A stretch of DNA of 32,000 nucleotides from an uncultured Opitutales bacterium (GCA_934660865.1 CAKUIA010000001.1:150001-182000), one strand, 5' to 3'. Positions 1 through 9,789 are shown, counted from the first letter of the stretch. Notes: generated by a model not told the origin, from the letters alone. Numbers and translations are program-made.

Positions 1-38
1 AAGAAGGCATTTTCAGTCTGCTAAAACGCACATTCGAT

Positions 39-353
39 ATGCCCGAAAATAAAATTACCTTTAAAAACTACGAGCAAAACGCAATTTTACGGCTTATGGA
101 ATGCGATTCGGGCTATGTGGCGATTATAATAAACAACCAAAGCGAATTTGCAAAAGGGACAAGCGCCTCTTTGCTGGGCGGCATTTTTGGCAATGGCGAA
201 AACGAAAAAATCCCGTTAAGAAAAATAGAGCTAAAAACCGAATTAAAAAACCCGAAAATTTTATTCTCTACAAACAATACCGACTTTATAGACGGCAACA
301 CTCTGCATATTGCAGGCAATAGCGTTTGCGTTTTGTACTACCCCAAAAACTAG
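39..353 (+). CDS. hypothetical protein (frame stays open to the window edge, so it may be 5'-truncated)
   Basis: ATG at 39, stop at 351-353. The same frame has no stop back to base 3. No motif recognised. Confidence 0.45.
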   Translation: MPENKITFKNYEQNAILRLMECDSGYVAIIINNQSEFAKGTSASLLGGIFGNGENEKIPLRKIELKTELKNPKILFSTNNTDFIDGNTLHIAGNSVCVLYYPKN

Positions 354-380
354 CGCAATTTTTCGGATTTACGGGGAACA

Positions 381-450
381 GGGCGTTTTTTTAGTCGGGT
401 TTTTAATTGCAAAAACACAACCAAATAAAACGCCAAAACGCCCTTTTTTT
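381..450 (+). terminator. possible compound intrinsic terminator after the first ORF
   Basis: GGGCGTTTT (381-389) can pair with AAAACGCCC (435-443), or with the tandem copy AAAACGCC at 427-434. An inner hairpin is GTTTTT/AAAAAC (399-416). A T7 run follows at 444-450. Confidence 0.35.
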
Positions 451-490
451 GAAAAAATTTTGCCCAAGCTGCAAATTTTCAAAAAAATGC

Positions 491-521
491 TTGCAATATT
501 TTTGCGGAAAACTTTTATAAA
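491..521 (+). promoter_or_regulatory. candidate sigma70-type promoter for rpsR
   Basis: TTGCAA (491-496), spacer of about 18-19 nt, TATAAA (516-521), about 22 nt upstream of the rpsR ATG. Confidence 0.3.
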
Positions 522-542
522 TAGCTTTTACAAATATTTACT

Positions 543-728
543 ATGAGCGAACAACCTAAAAGAAAACCAGCTTCCGAATTAAACTTTACGGACACAGAGG
601 CTCTCAGCCGCTATGTTACCGAAACAGGCAAAATCCTCCCCCGTAAATTTACAGGCCTTACAGCCAAAGAGCAGCGCCACATTAAAAAGAGCGTAAAGCA
701 CGCGCGCAATATGCTCTTAATGAAATAG
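543..728 (+). CDS. rpsR: 30S ribosomal protein S18 (short, 61 aa)
   Basis: The core TDTEALSRYVTETGKILPRKFTGLTAKEQRHIKKSVKHARNM aligns by eye to the E. coli S18 core ([32 protein letters not shown]). Confidence 0.9.
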   Translation: MSEQPKRKPASELNFTDTEALSRYVTETGKILPRKFTGLTAKEQRHIKKSVKHARNMLLMK

Positions 729-750
729 GCCTTTTTACGCATATATAGCA

Positions 751-1734
751 ATGGGTTTAAAAGGCGACAACGCTTTTGCAAATCCGTCTAACATCGAGCT
801 GTCTGAAGATATACTTAAGGCGGCTCGTATTATTTTAGACGGCGACTGTGTTGCCGTGCCCACCGAAACGGTGTACGGGCTTGCGGCCAACGCCCTAAAC
901 GAGAGCGCATGCCGCAAAATTTTCGAGATAAAAAACCGCCCGTTTATAGACCCTTTAATTGTGCATGTTTCGGATATGCAAATGGCCGAAAGCATTGCAT
1001 ACTTTAACGACAAAGCCCGCAAGCTAGCCGAGAGGTTTTGGCCGGGGCCGATGACTATTGTCTTAAAGAAAAAAAACGTAATCCCCGATTTGGTTTCCGC
1101 AAATCTCGACACGGTTGCAATTAGAATGCCGTCGCATAAAATAGCGCACGCCTTAATTGTGGCCTCTAAAGTGCCCTTTGCGGCCCCAAGCGCAAACCCC
1201 TTCGGGTATGTAAGCCCCACAAAGTCGGAACACGTACGCGCCCAGCTGGGCGACAAAATAAAACTTATTTTAGAGGGCGGCCAATGCGACAGGGGTTTGG
1301 AATCTACCATAATCTCGTTGGCAGACCCGAACAAGCCCCTGCTTTTGCGCTTTGGGCCTTTGGCAAGGGAGGAGCTTGAGGAATTTTTGGGCGAAAAAGT
1401 TATAGTTCCCGAAAAGAATCCCGCCCAGCCCATCGCCCCCGGAATGATGAAATCGCACTACAGCCCCAAGGCAAACTTTAGGCTGTTCGAAAACGAAAGC
1501 GAAATTCCCGAAAATTTCGACGGAGCGATTATATTTTTAAAGCGTCCAAGCTGCCCGAAAAACAACCACTTTTGGCTTTCCGAAGACGGAAATTTGGCGG
1601 AAGTTGCAAAAAATCTTTACGACCTTATGCGCAACTGCGACAAAAAATATTCGCAAATACTCTGCCAAAAGCCCGAAAATTCGGGAGTGGGAGCCGCAAT
1701 TAACGACAGACTTGCCAGGGCGAGCAAAAAATAA
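751..1734 (+). CDS. tsaC: L-threonylcarbamoyladenylate synthase, long Sua5-type (TsaC domain plus Sua5 C-terminal domain)
   Basis: 327 aa. Contains VAVPTETVYGLAANA, RPFIDPLIVHV, WPGPMTIVL and FAAPSANPFG, which are typical YrdC/Sua5 motifs. Confidence 0.9.
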   Translation: MGLKGDNAFANPSNIELSEDILKAARIILDGDCVAVPTETVYGLAANALNESACRKIFEIKNRPFIDPLIVHVSDMQMAESIAYFNDKARKLAERFWPGPMTIVLKKKNVIPDLVSANLDTVAIRMPSHKIAHALIVASKVPFAAPSANPFGYVSPTKSEHVRAQLGDKIKLILEGGQCDRGLESTIISLADPNKPLLLRFGPLAREELEEFLGEKVIVPEKNPAQPIAPGMMKSHYSPKANFRLFENESEIPENFDGAIIFLKRPSCPKNNHFWLSEDGNLAEVAKNLYDLMRNCDKKYSQILCQKPENSGVGAAINDRLARASKK

Positions 1735-1815
1735 AAAATTTATGGGGCTTTTTTGCAAAAAAAGCTTGCACTTGTAATATAACTATATTTACTGAAACCT
1801 TTTAAATTTACGATA

Positions 1816-2130
1816 ATGAAAGCGACTATTAAAATTCAAGGAAAACAACTGACGGTATCGGAAGGCGAAATCTTTTTCGTAAACCGCTTCTGCGACTCCA
1901 AAGCTGGCGACACAGTTACCATTAACGAAGTTCTTATGCTCGGCGACGGCGCCGAAGCGAAGTTTGGCACGCCCTATGTCGACGGAGCGAGCGTAACCGC
2001 CAAAATTCTCGAAAACAAGCGCGGCAAGAAGGTAGACATCTTCAAAAAGAAACGCCGCAAGGGTTATCAGCGCAGAAGAGGCCACAGGCAGGAATTGTCT
2101 GTTATAAAGGTAGAATCTATCAAAGCATAA
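1816..2130 (+). CDS. rplU: 50S ribosomal protein L21
   Basis: [10 protein letters not shown]...EVLMLGDG...[11 protein letters not shown]...[14 protein letters not shown] matches the L21 pattern (E. coli GGKQHRVSEGQ...RRRKHYRKQQGHRQ). Confidence 0.93.
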   Translation: MKATIKIQGKQLTVSEGEIFFVNRFCDSKAGDTVTINEVLMLGDGAEAKFGTPYVDGASVTAKILENKRGKKVDIFKKKRRKGYQRRRGHRQELSVIKVESIKA

Positions 2131-2145
2131 GGAGGCTAATCAGTT

Positions 2146-2385
2146 ATGGCACATAAAAAAGGTCAGTCGTCGGCAGGCAACGGTAAAGATTCTAACGCAC
2201 AACGTCGCGGCGTAAAGAAATACGGCGGCGAAGCTATTTTGGCAGGCGGCATTATCGTTCGCCAGTGCGGCACAAAGGTACACCCCGGCTTGAATGTCGG
2301 AATGGGTAAAGACTACACCCTCTTTGCATTGAAAGACGGCACCGTTAAGTGGGACGGCGCACACCGCAAAGTTTCGGTTTTGTAA
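2146..2385 (+). CDS. rpmA: 50S ribosomal protein L27
   Basis: [29 protein letters not shown]...[13 protein letters not shown] matches the L27 N-terminus. A strong SD, AAGGAGG, sits at 2129-2135. Confidence 0.95.
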   Translation: MAHKKGQSSAGNGKDSNAQRRGVKKYGGEAILAGGIIVRQCGTKVHPGLNVGMGKDYTLFALKDGTVKWDGAHRKVSVL

Positions 2386-2416
2386 TTTAATAAAACCTTT
2401 ATTTGATTTTGTTTAT

Positions 2417-2442
2417 GGCGGGTAAAACCCGCCATTTTTTTT
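2417..2442 (+). terminator. intrinsic terminator after rpmA
   Basis: GGCGGG (2417-2422), loop TAAAA, CCCGCC (2428-2433), then ATTTTTTTT. Confidence 0.8.
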
Positions 2443-2592
2443 GCGCATAATTCGGGCAAAAAATATTCAAAAAAGTTTTTGCGAAAGTTGTGTCCTACCC
2501 GCATTAAACAAACTTTATACCTTAAAAAAAACGGCAAAAATACCGCAGTGGTTTTCCGCGCACTTTGCAAAATCCCCCCGCCCTATTGGGCA

Positions 2593-2636
2593 CAAAAAAA
2601 ACTCCCAAAGCAATTTTGCATTGGGAGTTTTTTGTT
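2593..2636. terminator. bidirectional intrinsic terminator (ends the minus-strand glnB-arn-EEP operon)
   Basis: A 13-bp stem with one mismatch, ACTCCCAAAGCAA/TTGCATTGGGAGT (2601-2628), flanked by an A8 run upstream and a T6 run downstream. Confidence 0.75.
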
Positions 2637-2658
2637 TTATGCGGAAAATGCCGCAGTG

Positions 2659-3552
2659 CTATTTAAGAACGGCCTCGATAAATACGGGGAAGTGGTCGGA
2701 CGGAAACTTTGTTTTGTTGCTGTCGCTTATTACCCTGTACGAATTTACTTCGGTGTTGTTCTTGTTCACAAAAATATAGTCTATGCGCGTTTTTTGCGAA
2801 GGCTCAAAACCCTTAAATGCGTGGTATGTAGCTTCGGGGCCGTAGGGGGCTTTTTTCGACAACCCGCGCGAATCCTTGAATGTGTCGGAAGAAAACATAA
2901 TTTTCATCGGCTCGCTGTCGGAAAATGCGTTAAAGTCGCCCATGCAAAATACCGCGGTATTTTTGTCAAGCTCGCCCATTTTCTTTAGCAACAATTTTGC
3001 GGATTCGGCTCTGGCATAGGGTGCTATGTGGTCGAAATGGCTGTTGAACACAACAACGGTTTTGCCGCTTATTTTGTCGCGCAATTTGGCAAATGTGCAA
3101 ATTCTTTTGTGCTCTTTAACGTCCCAACCCAGGCTGGGCACTTCGGGCGTTTCCGAATACCAGAAGGTTCCCTTGTCGAGCAGCTCGAAGCGGTTTTTCT
3201 TGTAGTATATCGCGCAGGTTTCGCCCGCCTGTTTGCCGTCGTCGCGGCCCGCGGCAACAATGTCGTATTGGGGAAGCTCTTTGCCTATATATTCAAGCTG
3301 CTGCCAAAAGGCCTCCTGCGAGCCCCATATATCGAAGTTGTAGTAGTTTACAAGGGCTTTAACCTGCTCTTTGCGCAGGTCCCAAATGTTTTCCTTGTCC
3401 CAGTTGTTTAGCAGCCTTAGGTTCCAGCTGGCAACCTTTACGGGCGCGCCGCCGGCGCAGGAACTTGCGCCCTTGCAGGGAAATTTAGAAAACACAAAAC
3501 CTGCGGCAAATGCCGCAACCGCCAAGCATATAACCAATATTGTTTTTTTCAT
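2659..3552 (-). CDS. secreted endonuclease/exonuclease/phosphatase (EEP) family protein
   Basis: N-terminal signal peptide MKKTILVICLAVAAFAAG. EEP-like motifs VASWNLR, GDFNA and the C-terminal SDHFPV. SD AGGAGG lies 7 nt upstream of the ATG. Confidence 0.8.
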   Translation of the reverse strand: MKKTILVICLAVAAFAAGFVFSKFPCKGASSCAGGAPVKVASWNLRLLNNWDKENIWDLRKEQVKALVNYYNFDIWGSQEAFWQQLEYIGKELPQYDIVAAGRDDGKQAGETCAIYYKKNRFELLDKGTFWYSETPEVPSLGWDVKEHKRICTFAKLRDKISGKTVVVFNSHFDHIAPYARAESAKLLLKKMGELDKNTAVFCMGDFNAFSDSEPMKIMFSSDTFKDSRGLSKKAPYGPEATYHAFKGFEPSQKTRIDYIFVNKNNTEVNSYRVISDSNKTKFPSDHFPVFIEAVLK

Positions 3553-3576
3553 TTTATAATCCTCCTATATAAAAAA

Positions 3577-4473
3577 TTAAACCTGCTGCGCCAATAGGCC
3601 GCTGCGCCCCGCAAATTCGAGCATTTTTACTTCGCATACCCGAATTTTCTGCGGCTCGGCCAACAGCTGTTTTGCCCAGTCTTGCAGCGAAAAGAATTCT
3701 ATATTGCGGGCTTTTGCCTCTTTTATAAAGCCCTCAAAATAGTCGAAATAATTTAAGGCCTCCAACTCCGAATGTATTGTCATAACCGACATTTCGGCAT
3801 CGAGAATTTTGTCCAAATACATTTGCTTTATGGAGTCCAAGGTGTTCGAACCTACGCCCAAAACTTCGTCCAAAGTAGGCAGCGTAGACGGTATCTGAAG
3901 CGTTTTAAACGTTTTGCCGCCCATTTTCGGGAAGAACGGGCTTTTGCCCCGCGTATCCGAAGCATAAAGCAAATTGTTTGCGTCTTCCACCGCAATGGCG
4001 TCGGGCGAAATTTGCCAACCCGGAGCGCCGCAGCAAAGTGGGGCTTGCCCGTAAACTTCAATAAAAGCCGCTTTCGCCTTTTCAAATTCGGCGGCTACGG
4101 CAGTTTTAGACATTTTAAAAATATTGTCCTGCCAGTTGTAGTGGTTCCACGAATGTATGCCGCATTCAAAGCCGCTGTTTTTTGCCTGCAACATAATGTC
4201 GGCACATTTTTTGTAGATTACGGGAGCGGGCAAAAGGGTTCCGTACATAAGGGTTTTTAGGCCGTAGTTGCCCGCCACATTGCTGCGCAGGCACTTTTTT
4301 ATAAAGCCCTTTCTAAACACCCTTGTTATTGCCCTGCCCGTATTGTCGGGCCCGAAACTGAAAAGGAATGTTGCGGGCACCGCATACTTTTCAAACAAAC
4401 GAAGAAGGGGTATTATCCCCTTCTTTGTTCCCTGATACGTATCTACGTCTATCTTTATTGCAAGCTTGGGCAT
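3577..4473 (-). CDS. arnD: ArnD-like 4-deoxy-4-formamido-L-arabinose-phosphoundecaprenol deformylase (polysaccharide deacetylase fold)
   Basis: Collinear by eye with E. coli ArnD: IKIDVDTYQGT / LRIDVDTFRGT, SFGPDNTGR / SVGPDNMGR, LQIPSTLPTLDEV / AQIPVTLPTWDEV. The start shares nt 4473 with the upstream stop (TAATG). Confidence 0.8.
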   Translation of the reverse strand: MPKLAIKIDVDTYQGTKKGIIPLLRLFEKYAVPATFLFSFGPDNTGRAITRVFRKGFIKKCLRSNVAGNYGLKTLMYGTLLPAPVIYKKCADIMLQAKNSGFECGIHSWNHYNWQDNIFKMSKTAVAAEFEKAKAAFIEVYGQAPLCCGAPGWQISPDAIAVEDANNLLYASDTRGKSPFFPKMGGKTFKTLQIPSTLPTLDEVLGVGSNTLDSIKQMYLDKILDAEMSVMTIHSELEALNYFDYFEGFIKEAKARNIEFFSLQDWAKQLLAEPQKIRVCEVKMLEFAGRSGLLAQQV

Positions 4474-5522
4474 TACTTTCTCTTTTGCTCAAGTTCGTAG
4501 TCTTTGCCCAACAAGTGGTAGTCGAGAGTAAGACGTATGGCGGTTTTTAAGTCGGTTGTGGGCTTCCAGCCGAGTTTTTCTTCGGCCTCTTTTATGGAGG
4601 GAATTCTGTATTTTACGTCCTGGTAGCCTTCGCCGTAATACTCTTTTGCCGAAACCGTTTCTATTTTTGCATTTTTTGCGCAGTCTTCGTAGCCCTTGTA
4701 TTCGCCAATCATTTCGACAAGCATATCGGCCAATTCCTTAATCGAAAAGTCCATATAGGGATTGCCTATGTTGAATATCCTGCGCGAGGCGACGCCGTCT
4801 TTATTTTCTATGATTTTCAGCATGCAGTCCATAGCGTCGTCTATAAAGGTAAAGCTTCTGCGCTGCGCGCCGCCGTCTACAAGCTTGATTGGCTTGTTGT
4901 TTATTATGTTGTGTATAAACTGCGTAAGCACGCGCGAAGAGCCCTCTTTGGGGGCTTTAACATCGTCCAGCTTGGGACCTATAAAATTGAAGGGTCTAAA
5001 CAAGGTAAAATCCAGACCTTCGTGCATGCCGTACGCCCAAATTACGCGGTCTAACATCTGCTTAATGCACGAGTATATCCAGCGTTCTTTGGGAACGGGG
5101 CCTAGGGTAAGGTTGGAATTATATTCGTCGAAAGAATCGTCTTGGCACATGCCGTATACTTCGGAAGTAGACGGGAACAATATGCGCGTTTTGTATTTTG
5201 CGCAAAGTTTAACAACCTCTATGTTCGACTCGTAGTCGAGCCTGTAAACCCTGAGGGGGTCGGTTACGTACATTCTGGGGGTTGCAATGGCAACCAGCGG
5301 AATTACCACATCGCAGGCCTTTACCTGTTCTTCAATCCAGTCGGTATCTACGGTAACGTCGCCCTGTTTAAAGTGGAATTTTTCGTAGCCCAAACAGTTT
5401 TCAAGCTTGTTCGACGCCATGTCGAACGCGAAAATTTCCCAGTCGGTTTTGTTGAGAATTGCCCACGACAGCGACGAGCCTATAAAGCCGTTCGCGCCCA
5501 GTATGAGAATTTTTTTAGACAT
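4473..5522 (-). CDS. arnA: UDP-glucuronate oxidative decarboxylase, stand-alone ArnA C-terminal (dehydrogenase) domain
   Basis: ILILGANGFIGSSL, CDVVIPLVAIATP, ILFPSTSEVYGMC, RWIYSCIKQMLDRVIWAYG and FTLFRPFNFIGP closely follow E. coli ArnA residues about 315-660. There is no N-terminal formyltransferase domain. Confidence 0.85.
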   Translation of the reverse strand: MSKKILILGANGFIGSSLSWAILNKTDWEIFAFDMASNKLENCLGYEKFHFKQGDVTVDTDWIEEQVKACDVVIPLVAIATPRMYVTDPLRVYRLDYESNIEVVKLCAKYKTRILFPSTSEVYGMCQDDSFDEYNSNLTLGPVPKERWIYSCIKQMLDRVIWAYGMHEGLDFTLFRPFNFIGPKLDDVKAPKEGSSRVLTQFIHNIINNKPIKLVDGGAQRRSFTFIDDAMDCMLKIIENKDGVASRRIFNIGNPYMDFSIKELADMLVEMIGEYKGYEDCAKNAKIETVSAKEYYGEGYQDVKYRIPSIKEAEEKLGWKPTTDLKTAIRLTLDYHLLGKDYELEQKRK

Positions 5523-5536
5523 ATGCTTTGTTTCGA

Positions 5537-5887
<351 letters not shown>

Positions 5888-5924
5888 TTAACAAAGCCGC
5901 AGCAAACGCAAGTTTTTTTAGGCA

Positions 5925-6785
5925 ATGGGCAAAATTTCGACACAAATTTTGGAGGATTTCGCAAAGCGCGAACTGTTCGACGCAGTGGGCGTGTGCGAAG
6001 CTTTGCCCGTCGAAAAAAAGTATGCCGACAAATTCCTGGAATGGGTAAATTCGCAAAATTCGGGGGCTTTGGATTATATGAAACGCAACATAGAAGTTAG
6101 GCTAAACCCGCAACTGTTGCTAGAGGGCGCAAAAAGCGTTATAGGCTTTAGGGCAAACTTTTGGCGCACCGTTAGTGAAAACCGCATTGCAACCTACGCG
6201 CAGGGCAAAGACTACCACATTGTTTTAAAGGAAAAGCTTTTTAGGCTAAACGCCCTTTTAAGCGAACTTGGCGGCACGCAAAAATTGTGTGTAGACAGCA
6301 CCCCCTTAATGGAAAAATATTTTGCGCAAAAATGCGGATTGGGCTTTATAGGCAAAAACTCGCTTTTAATAAGCAGGCCCAACGGGGCGTTTAACTTTTT
6401 GTGCTTTGCCATAACTACGCTGGAATTCGACAGGCTTTCGCAACCGATAGACGACTCGTGCCGGGACTGCGACATTTGCATTAGGGCGTGTCCGGTAAAG
6501 GCAATTAACGGCAACTACACTGTAAACGCCGCAAAGTGCATAAACGCCCTTACAATAGAAGAGGCAAAACCCGTTAAAATAGGCAACCGCAACTTTATTT
6601 TCGGGTGCGACATTTGCCTTAGGGTGTGCCCTAAAAACGAAAAAAGCCAAACGCCGAAAATGCCCGAATTTTGCAATAGGTTTGACAATTTAAGCGAAAC
6701 TGCAACTCTAGAAAGTTTAATGCCCATTGCGAAAAATACGCCGATGGAAAGAACCATAAAAAAACTGCTAAGGCAAAAAAAATGA
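5925..6785 (+). CDS. queG: epoxyqueuosine reductase (short form)
   Basis: YAQGKDYH, DSTPLMEKYFAQKCGLGFIGKNSLLI, and two ferredoxin-type Cys motifs: CRDCDICIRACP and FGCDICLRVCP. Confidence 0.85.
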   Translation: MGKISTQILEDFAKRELFDAVGVCEALPVEKKYADKFLEWVNSQNSGALDYMKRNIEVRLNPQLLLEGAKSVIGFRANFWRTVSENRIATYAQGKDYHIVLKEKLFRLNALLSELGGTQKLCVDSTPLMEKYFAQKCGLGFIGKNSLLISRPNGAFNFLCFAITTLEFDRLSQPIDDSCRDCDICIRACPVKAINGNYTVNAAKCINALTIEEAKPVKIGNRNFIFGCDICLRVCPKNEKSQTPKMPEFCNRFDNLSETATLESLMPIAKNTPMERTIKKLLRQKK

Positions 6786-7426
6786 AAAGAACATTCATAT
6801 TCGATTTCGACGGAACATTGGCCGATACATTCCCGCTAATTTTATACGCTTTCGGCAAGGGCTTCGAGGCGGTGGATATGCCCGTTCCTAGCAACGAAAA
6901 TATGGTTTCGCACTTCGGCCCGTCCGAAGAGGGATTTTTTAAGGCCTATAACACCGACAAGGCAAATACCATGTTTGCCGCCTATATACAGGCCTACGAG
7001 CGCGAGCACGAAAAGTTTTCGCCCAAGCCCTTCGACAATATGGTAGAAATTTTCGACTACATAAAAGCCAAGGGCGACAATCTCGGACTTATAACGGGCA
7101 AGTGCCTGCAAAGCGCAAAAATAAGCCTTAAGCACTACGGCATAGATTTCGGCATATTCGACTTTGTTAGAACCGGCAGCCCCGACGGCAACACAAAGCC
7201 GCAGGCCATGAAAGACGCAAGGGAATATTTTAAGGAAAATTCTTCGGAATATTATTATATTGGCGACGCTTTAAGCGACATAAAAGACGCGCAAGAATCG
7301 GGCTTTGCGCCCATTGCGGCAGCCTGGGCAAGCCACGCCGACAAAGCCGGCCAGCTTAAGCTAGACCCCTACAAACAATTCACCACCACCGAAGCTTTCT
7401 TTACCTGGCTTAAAGCCTTGAAATAA
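6782..7426 (+). CDS. HAD-superfamily hydrolase (phosphoglycolate phosphatase-like)
   Basis: N-terminal FIFDFDGTLADT (DxDGT motif), a later GLITGK, and GDALSDIKDA. ATGA overlap with the queG stop. Confidence 0.8.
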   Translation: MKRTFIFDFDGTLADTFPLILYAFGKGFEAVDMPVPSNENMVSHFGPSEEGFFKAYNTDKANTMFAAYIQAYEREHEKFSPKPFDNMVEIFDYIKAKGDNLGLITGKCLQSAKISLKHYGIDFGIFDFVRTGSPDGNTKPQAMKDAREYFKENSSEYYYIGDALSDIKDAQESGFAPIAAAWASHADKAGQLKLDPYKQFTTTEAFFTWLKALK

Positions 7427-7477
7427 AACCTCGGCAAAGCACACAAAACGCAGGTGGGCAAAGGACAGCAACACAAG

Positions 7478-8290
7478 CTAAAGCAAGTTGCGTTTATACA
7501 TGTCAAGCTGGGAGGTAAATTGGGTTTTTGCAAATTCTGCGGCAAAGACCGCGTTTGGGCACTCCAGTTTATGCCCGCCGTTGGGCATTTGCAAAAAGCT
7601 TATTTTTGACGAAAGTTTTGCGGCTTTTTGGTAGTAGCGCACGGCGCAGTCTATGGGCACTGTTGTATCTGCAGTGCCGTGCACAAGCAAAACTTCGGGC
7701 ATATCTTTGTTTATATATTCGCTTGGCGTAAGATTTTTTACAATGTCGCTTTCCATTGTGGCGTTCTTGCCGAAAAGGCCTTTTACCAAAGCGGGGCTTG
7801 CATTTTTAAACGAAAGAAAATCGCAAACCGCGCTAACTGCGCACACGCATTGGGGGGTAAATTTATAACTTTGCAGTTCGGGGCTTCCCAAAAAGCCGCA
7901 TGGGCATGCCGTGCCGCACAAGAGCGCCAAAAGCCCCCCTGCCGACCTGCCGTAGAACGCCATTTTGCCCGAATTTAACCCCAAAGTTTTGGCGTTTTTA
8001 GACAAAAAACGCGCGGCGTCGAAACAGTCTACAGCGCAGTCGTATACGGTGTTTGCCCCGTTGCCTACAAGCGAATACGAAATGCTGGCGCACGCGATGT
8101 TTGCCGACAAAATCTGCCCGAGCCTTTCGGGGAAAATTTCGAAGCGCCTGCCCGAAGTAAAGCCGCCGCCGTGTATAAACACTATAACCGGGGCGCCCTC
8201 TTCGGGTACGAGTTCGGGCATGTGCAAAGTTAGGCCAAGCTCTAAATTGCCCCTTTTTTTATATACAATGTTTTCGAACACGCGCTGCAT
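7478..8290 (-). CDS. alpha/beta hydrolase (esterase/lipase, HGGG type)
   Basis: VIVFIHGGGFTSG oxyanion motif, GRSAGG nucleophile elbow, and a C-terminal HGTADTTVP region. The ORF-track start at 8380 is a TTG, so I prefer the ATG at 8290 (MQRVFEN). Confidence 0.75.
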   Translation of the reverse strand: MQRVFENIVYKKRGNLELGLTLHMPELVPEEGAPVIVFIHGGGFTSGRRFEIFPERLGQILSANIACASISYSLVGNGANTVYDCAVDCFDAARFLSKNAKTLGLNSGKMAFYGRSAGGLLALLCGTACPCGFLGSPELQSYKFTPQCVCAVSAVCDFLSFKNASPALVKGLFGKNATMESDIVKNLTPSEYINKDMPEVLLVHGTADTTVPIDCAVRYYQKAAKLSSKISFLQMPNGGHKLECPNAVFAAEFAKTQFTSQLDMYKRNLL

Positions 8291-8403
8291 ATTTACATAT
8301 TCGGCAGATTCTGCAAAAAATCGGAATTTGTCAAAAAAATTTACGCACAAAACTATTTGACAAACTTGCACCAAAGGCAAAATCTTTTTATTTATATAAC
8401 GCT

Positions 8404-9579
8404 ATGGACAACTTAAAATCGAAGAAGCTTACCTACCGACTGGCGGCCGCGCTTTTCTTTTTTATGATAGGCTCGACATTTGCGGCGTGGGCAAGCCGAA
8501 TACCCGACATAAAAGAACACCTTAACATTACCGACGGGCAGCTTGGCACGGCTTTGCTTGGGCTGCCGATAGGGCAAATGCTGGCGATGGCGGTTTCGGG
8601 CCACCTTGTGGGCAAATTCGGCAGCAAAAAAATGCTTTCCATAGGAATGTTGTTGTACCCGTTGGGCTTTATATTTATCGCCTTTTGCAACAGCTACTAC
8701 CAGTTTATTGCAGCTTTGCTTGCAACTGGCGTTTTTGCAAACTTAAGCAACATTTCGGTAAACACGCAGGCCGTGGGCGTAGAAAGGCTATACGGCAAAA
8801 GCATAATGGCGGCCTTTCACGGCGTATGGAGCTTGGCGGGCTTTTTGGGCGGGCTTTTAAGCTATTTGGTTGTAAAGCTAAACGTTTCGGTTTTAACGCA
8901 CTTTTCGGTTGTGTATGCAATAGTGGCAATTCTTGCAATTTTTGCGCAAAAATACCTTTTGCCGCAGGATATTGCCAAGCAGGAAAAACACCCGAACCAA
9001 AAACACGGCGTAAACTTGCCCGATATGTTCCTTGTTTTGCTGGGCTTTACGGCGTTTTCGTCGATGGCGTGCGAGGGCACAATGTTCAACTGGAGCGGCG
9101 TATATTTTAAAAGCGTTGTAAACGCCCCCAAAGAATACATTTCGCTGGGTTATACCGCCTTTATGTGCCTAATGGCAACGGGCAGGTTTTGCGGAGACTT
9201 TTTTATAAACCGCTTCGGACACACAAATGTAATGAAATTTAGCGGCATTTTAATATTTTTCGGGCTAACGCTTTCGGTTGCAATGCCCACAATGCTTTTT
9301 GCCGCTTTGGGCTTTGCGTTTGTGGGCATGGGGGTATCTTCAATAGTGCCGCTTTCGTACAGTCTGGCGGGGCGCTCAAAAACAATGGACACCGGCAACG
9401 CCATTGCAACTGTTGCAACCATAGGGTTTTTCGGCTTTTTAATGGGCCCGCCAATAATAGGCTTTTTGTCGGACAAATACAGCCTTAGAGTTTCGTTTTT
9501 AACGATTGCGCTTGTAGGGCTTTTGATGACGGCAATTTCGCCGCTGGTAAAACGCAAGCTTGCCGAAAACGAAGAGTAA
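8404..9579 (+). CDS. MFS transporter
   Basis: 391 aa, about 12 hydrophobic segments by eye, with an MFS-like loop GHLVGKFGSKKM after TM2. Confidence 0.75.
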   Translation: MDNLKSKKLTYRLAAALFFFMIGSTFAAWASRIPDIKEHLNITDGQLGTALLGLPIGQMLAMAVSGHLVGKFGSKKMLSIGMLLYPLGFIFIAFCNSYYQFIAALLATGVFANLSNISVNTQAVGVERLYGKSIMAAFHGVWSLAGFLGGLLSYLVVKLNVSVLTHFSVVYAIVAILAIFAQKYLLPQDIAKQEKHPNQKHGVNLPDMFLVLLGFTAFSSMACEGTMFNWSGVYFKSVVNAPKEYISLGYTAFMCLMATGRFCGDFFINRFGHTNVMKFSGILIFFGLTLSVAMPTMLFAALGFAFVGMGVSSIVPLSYSLAGRSKTMDTGNAIATVATIGFFGFLMGPPIIGFLSDKYSLRVSFLTIALVGLLMTAISPLVKRKLAENEE

Positions 9580-9624
9580 AAAACAAAAGCAAACGCTGCT
9601 TTTGACAATAGTTTACAAAGTGAA

Positions 9625-9665
9625 GGCGGCCAATCTTCCCCAAGATTGGCCGCCAATTTATTTTC
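9625..9665 (+). terminator. intrinsic terminator after the MFS gene
   Basis: Perfect 13-bp stem GGCGGCCAATCTT / AAGATTGGCCGCC (9625-9637 / 9642-9654), loop CCCC, then AATTTATTTT. A second small hairpin, TCTCCC/GGGAGA, lies at 9687-9702. Confidence 0.75.
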
Positions 9666-9789
9666 TACTTTACTTTTATTACCCCATCTCCCTTGCGGGA
9701 GAAATAGTTTTATTTTCGGTAGTTGAATATTTACAAAAATTGCAAAAAGTCAAGCGGTTTTTATAAAAAATATGCTTTTTTTGCCGTTT

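Noticed and set aside
735-1433. 232-aa ORF antisense to tsaC/sua5.
   Set aside because: It lies entirely inside, and opposite to, a gene with strong family motifs. Its sequence is low-complexity and Ser/Ala-rich. This is a typical shadow ORF.
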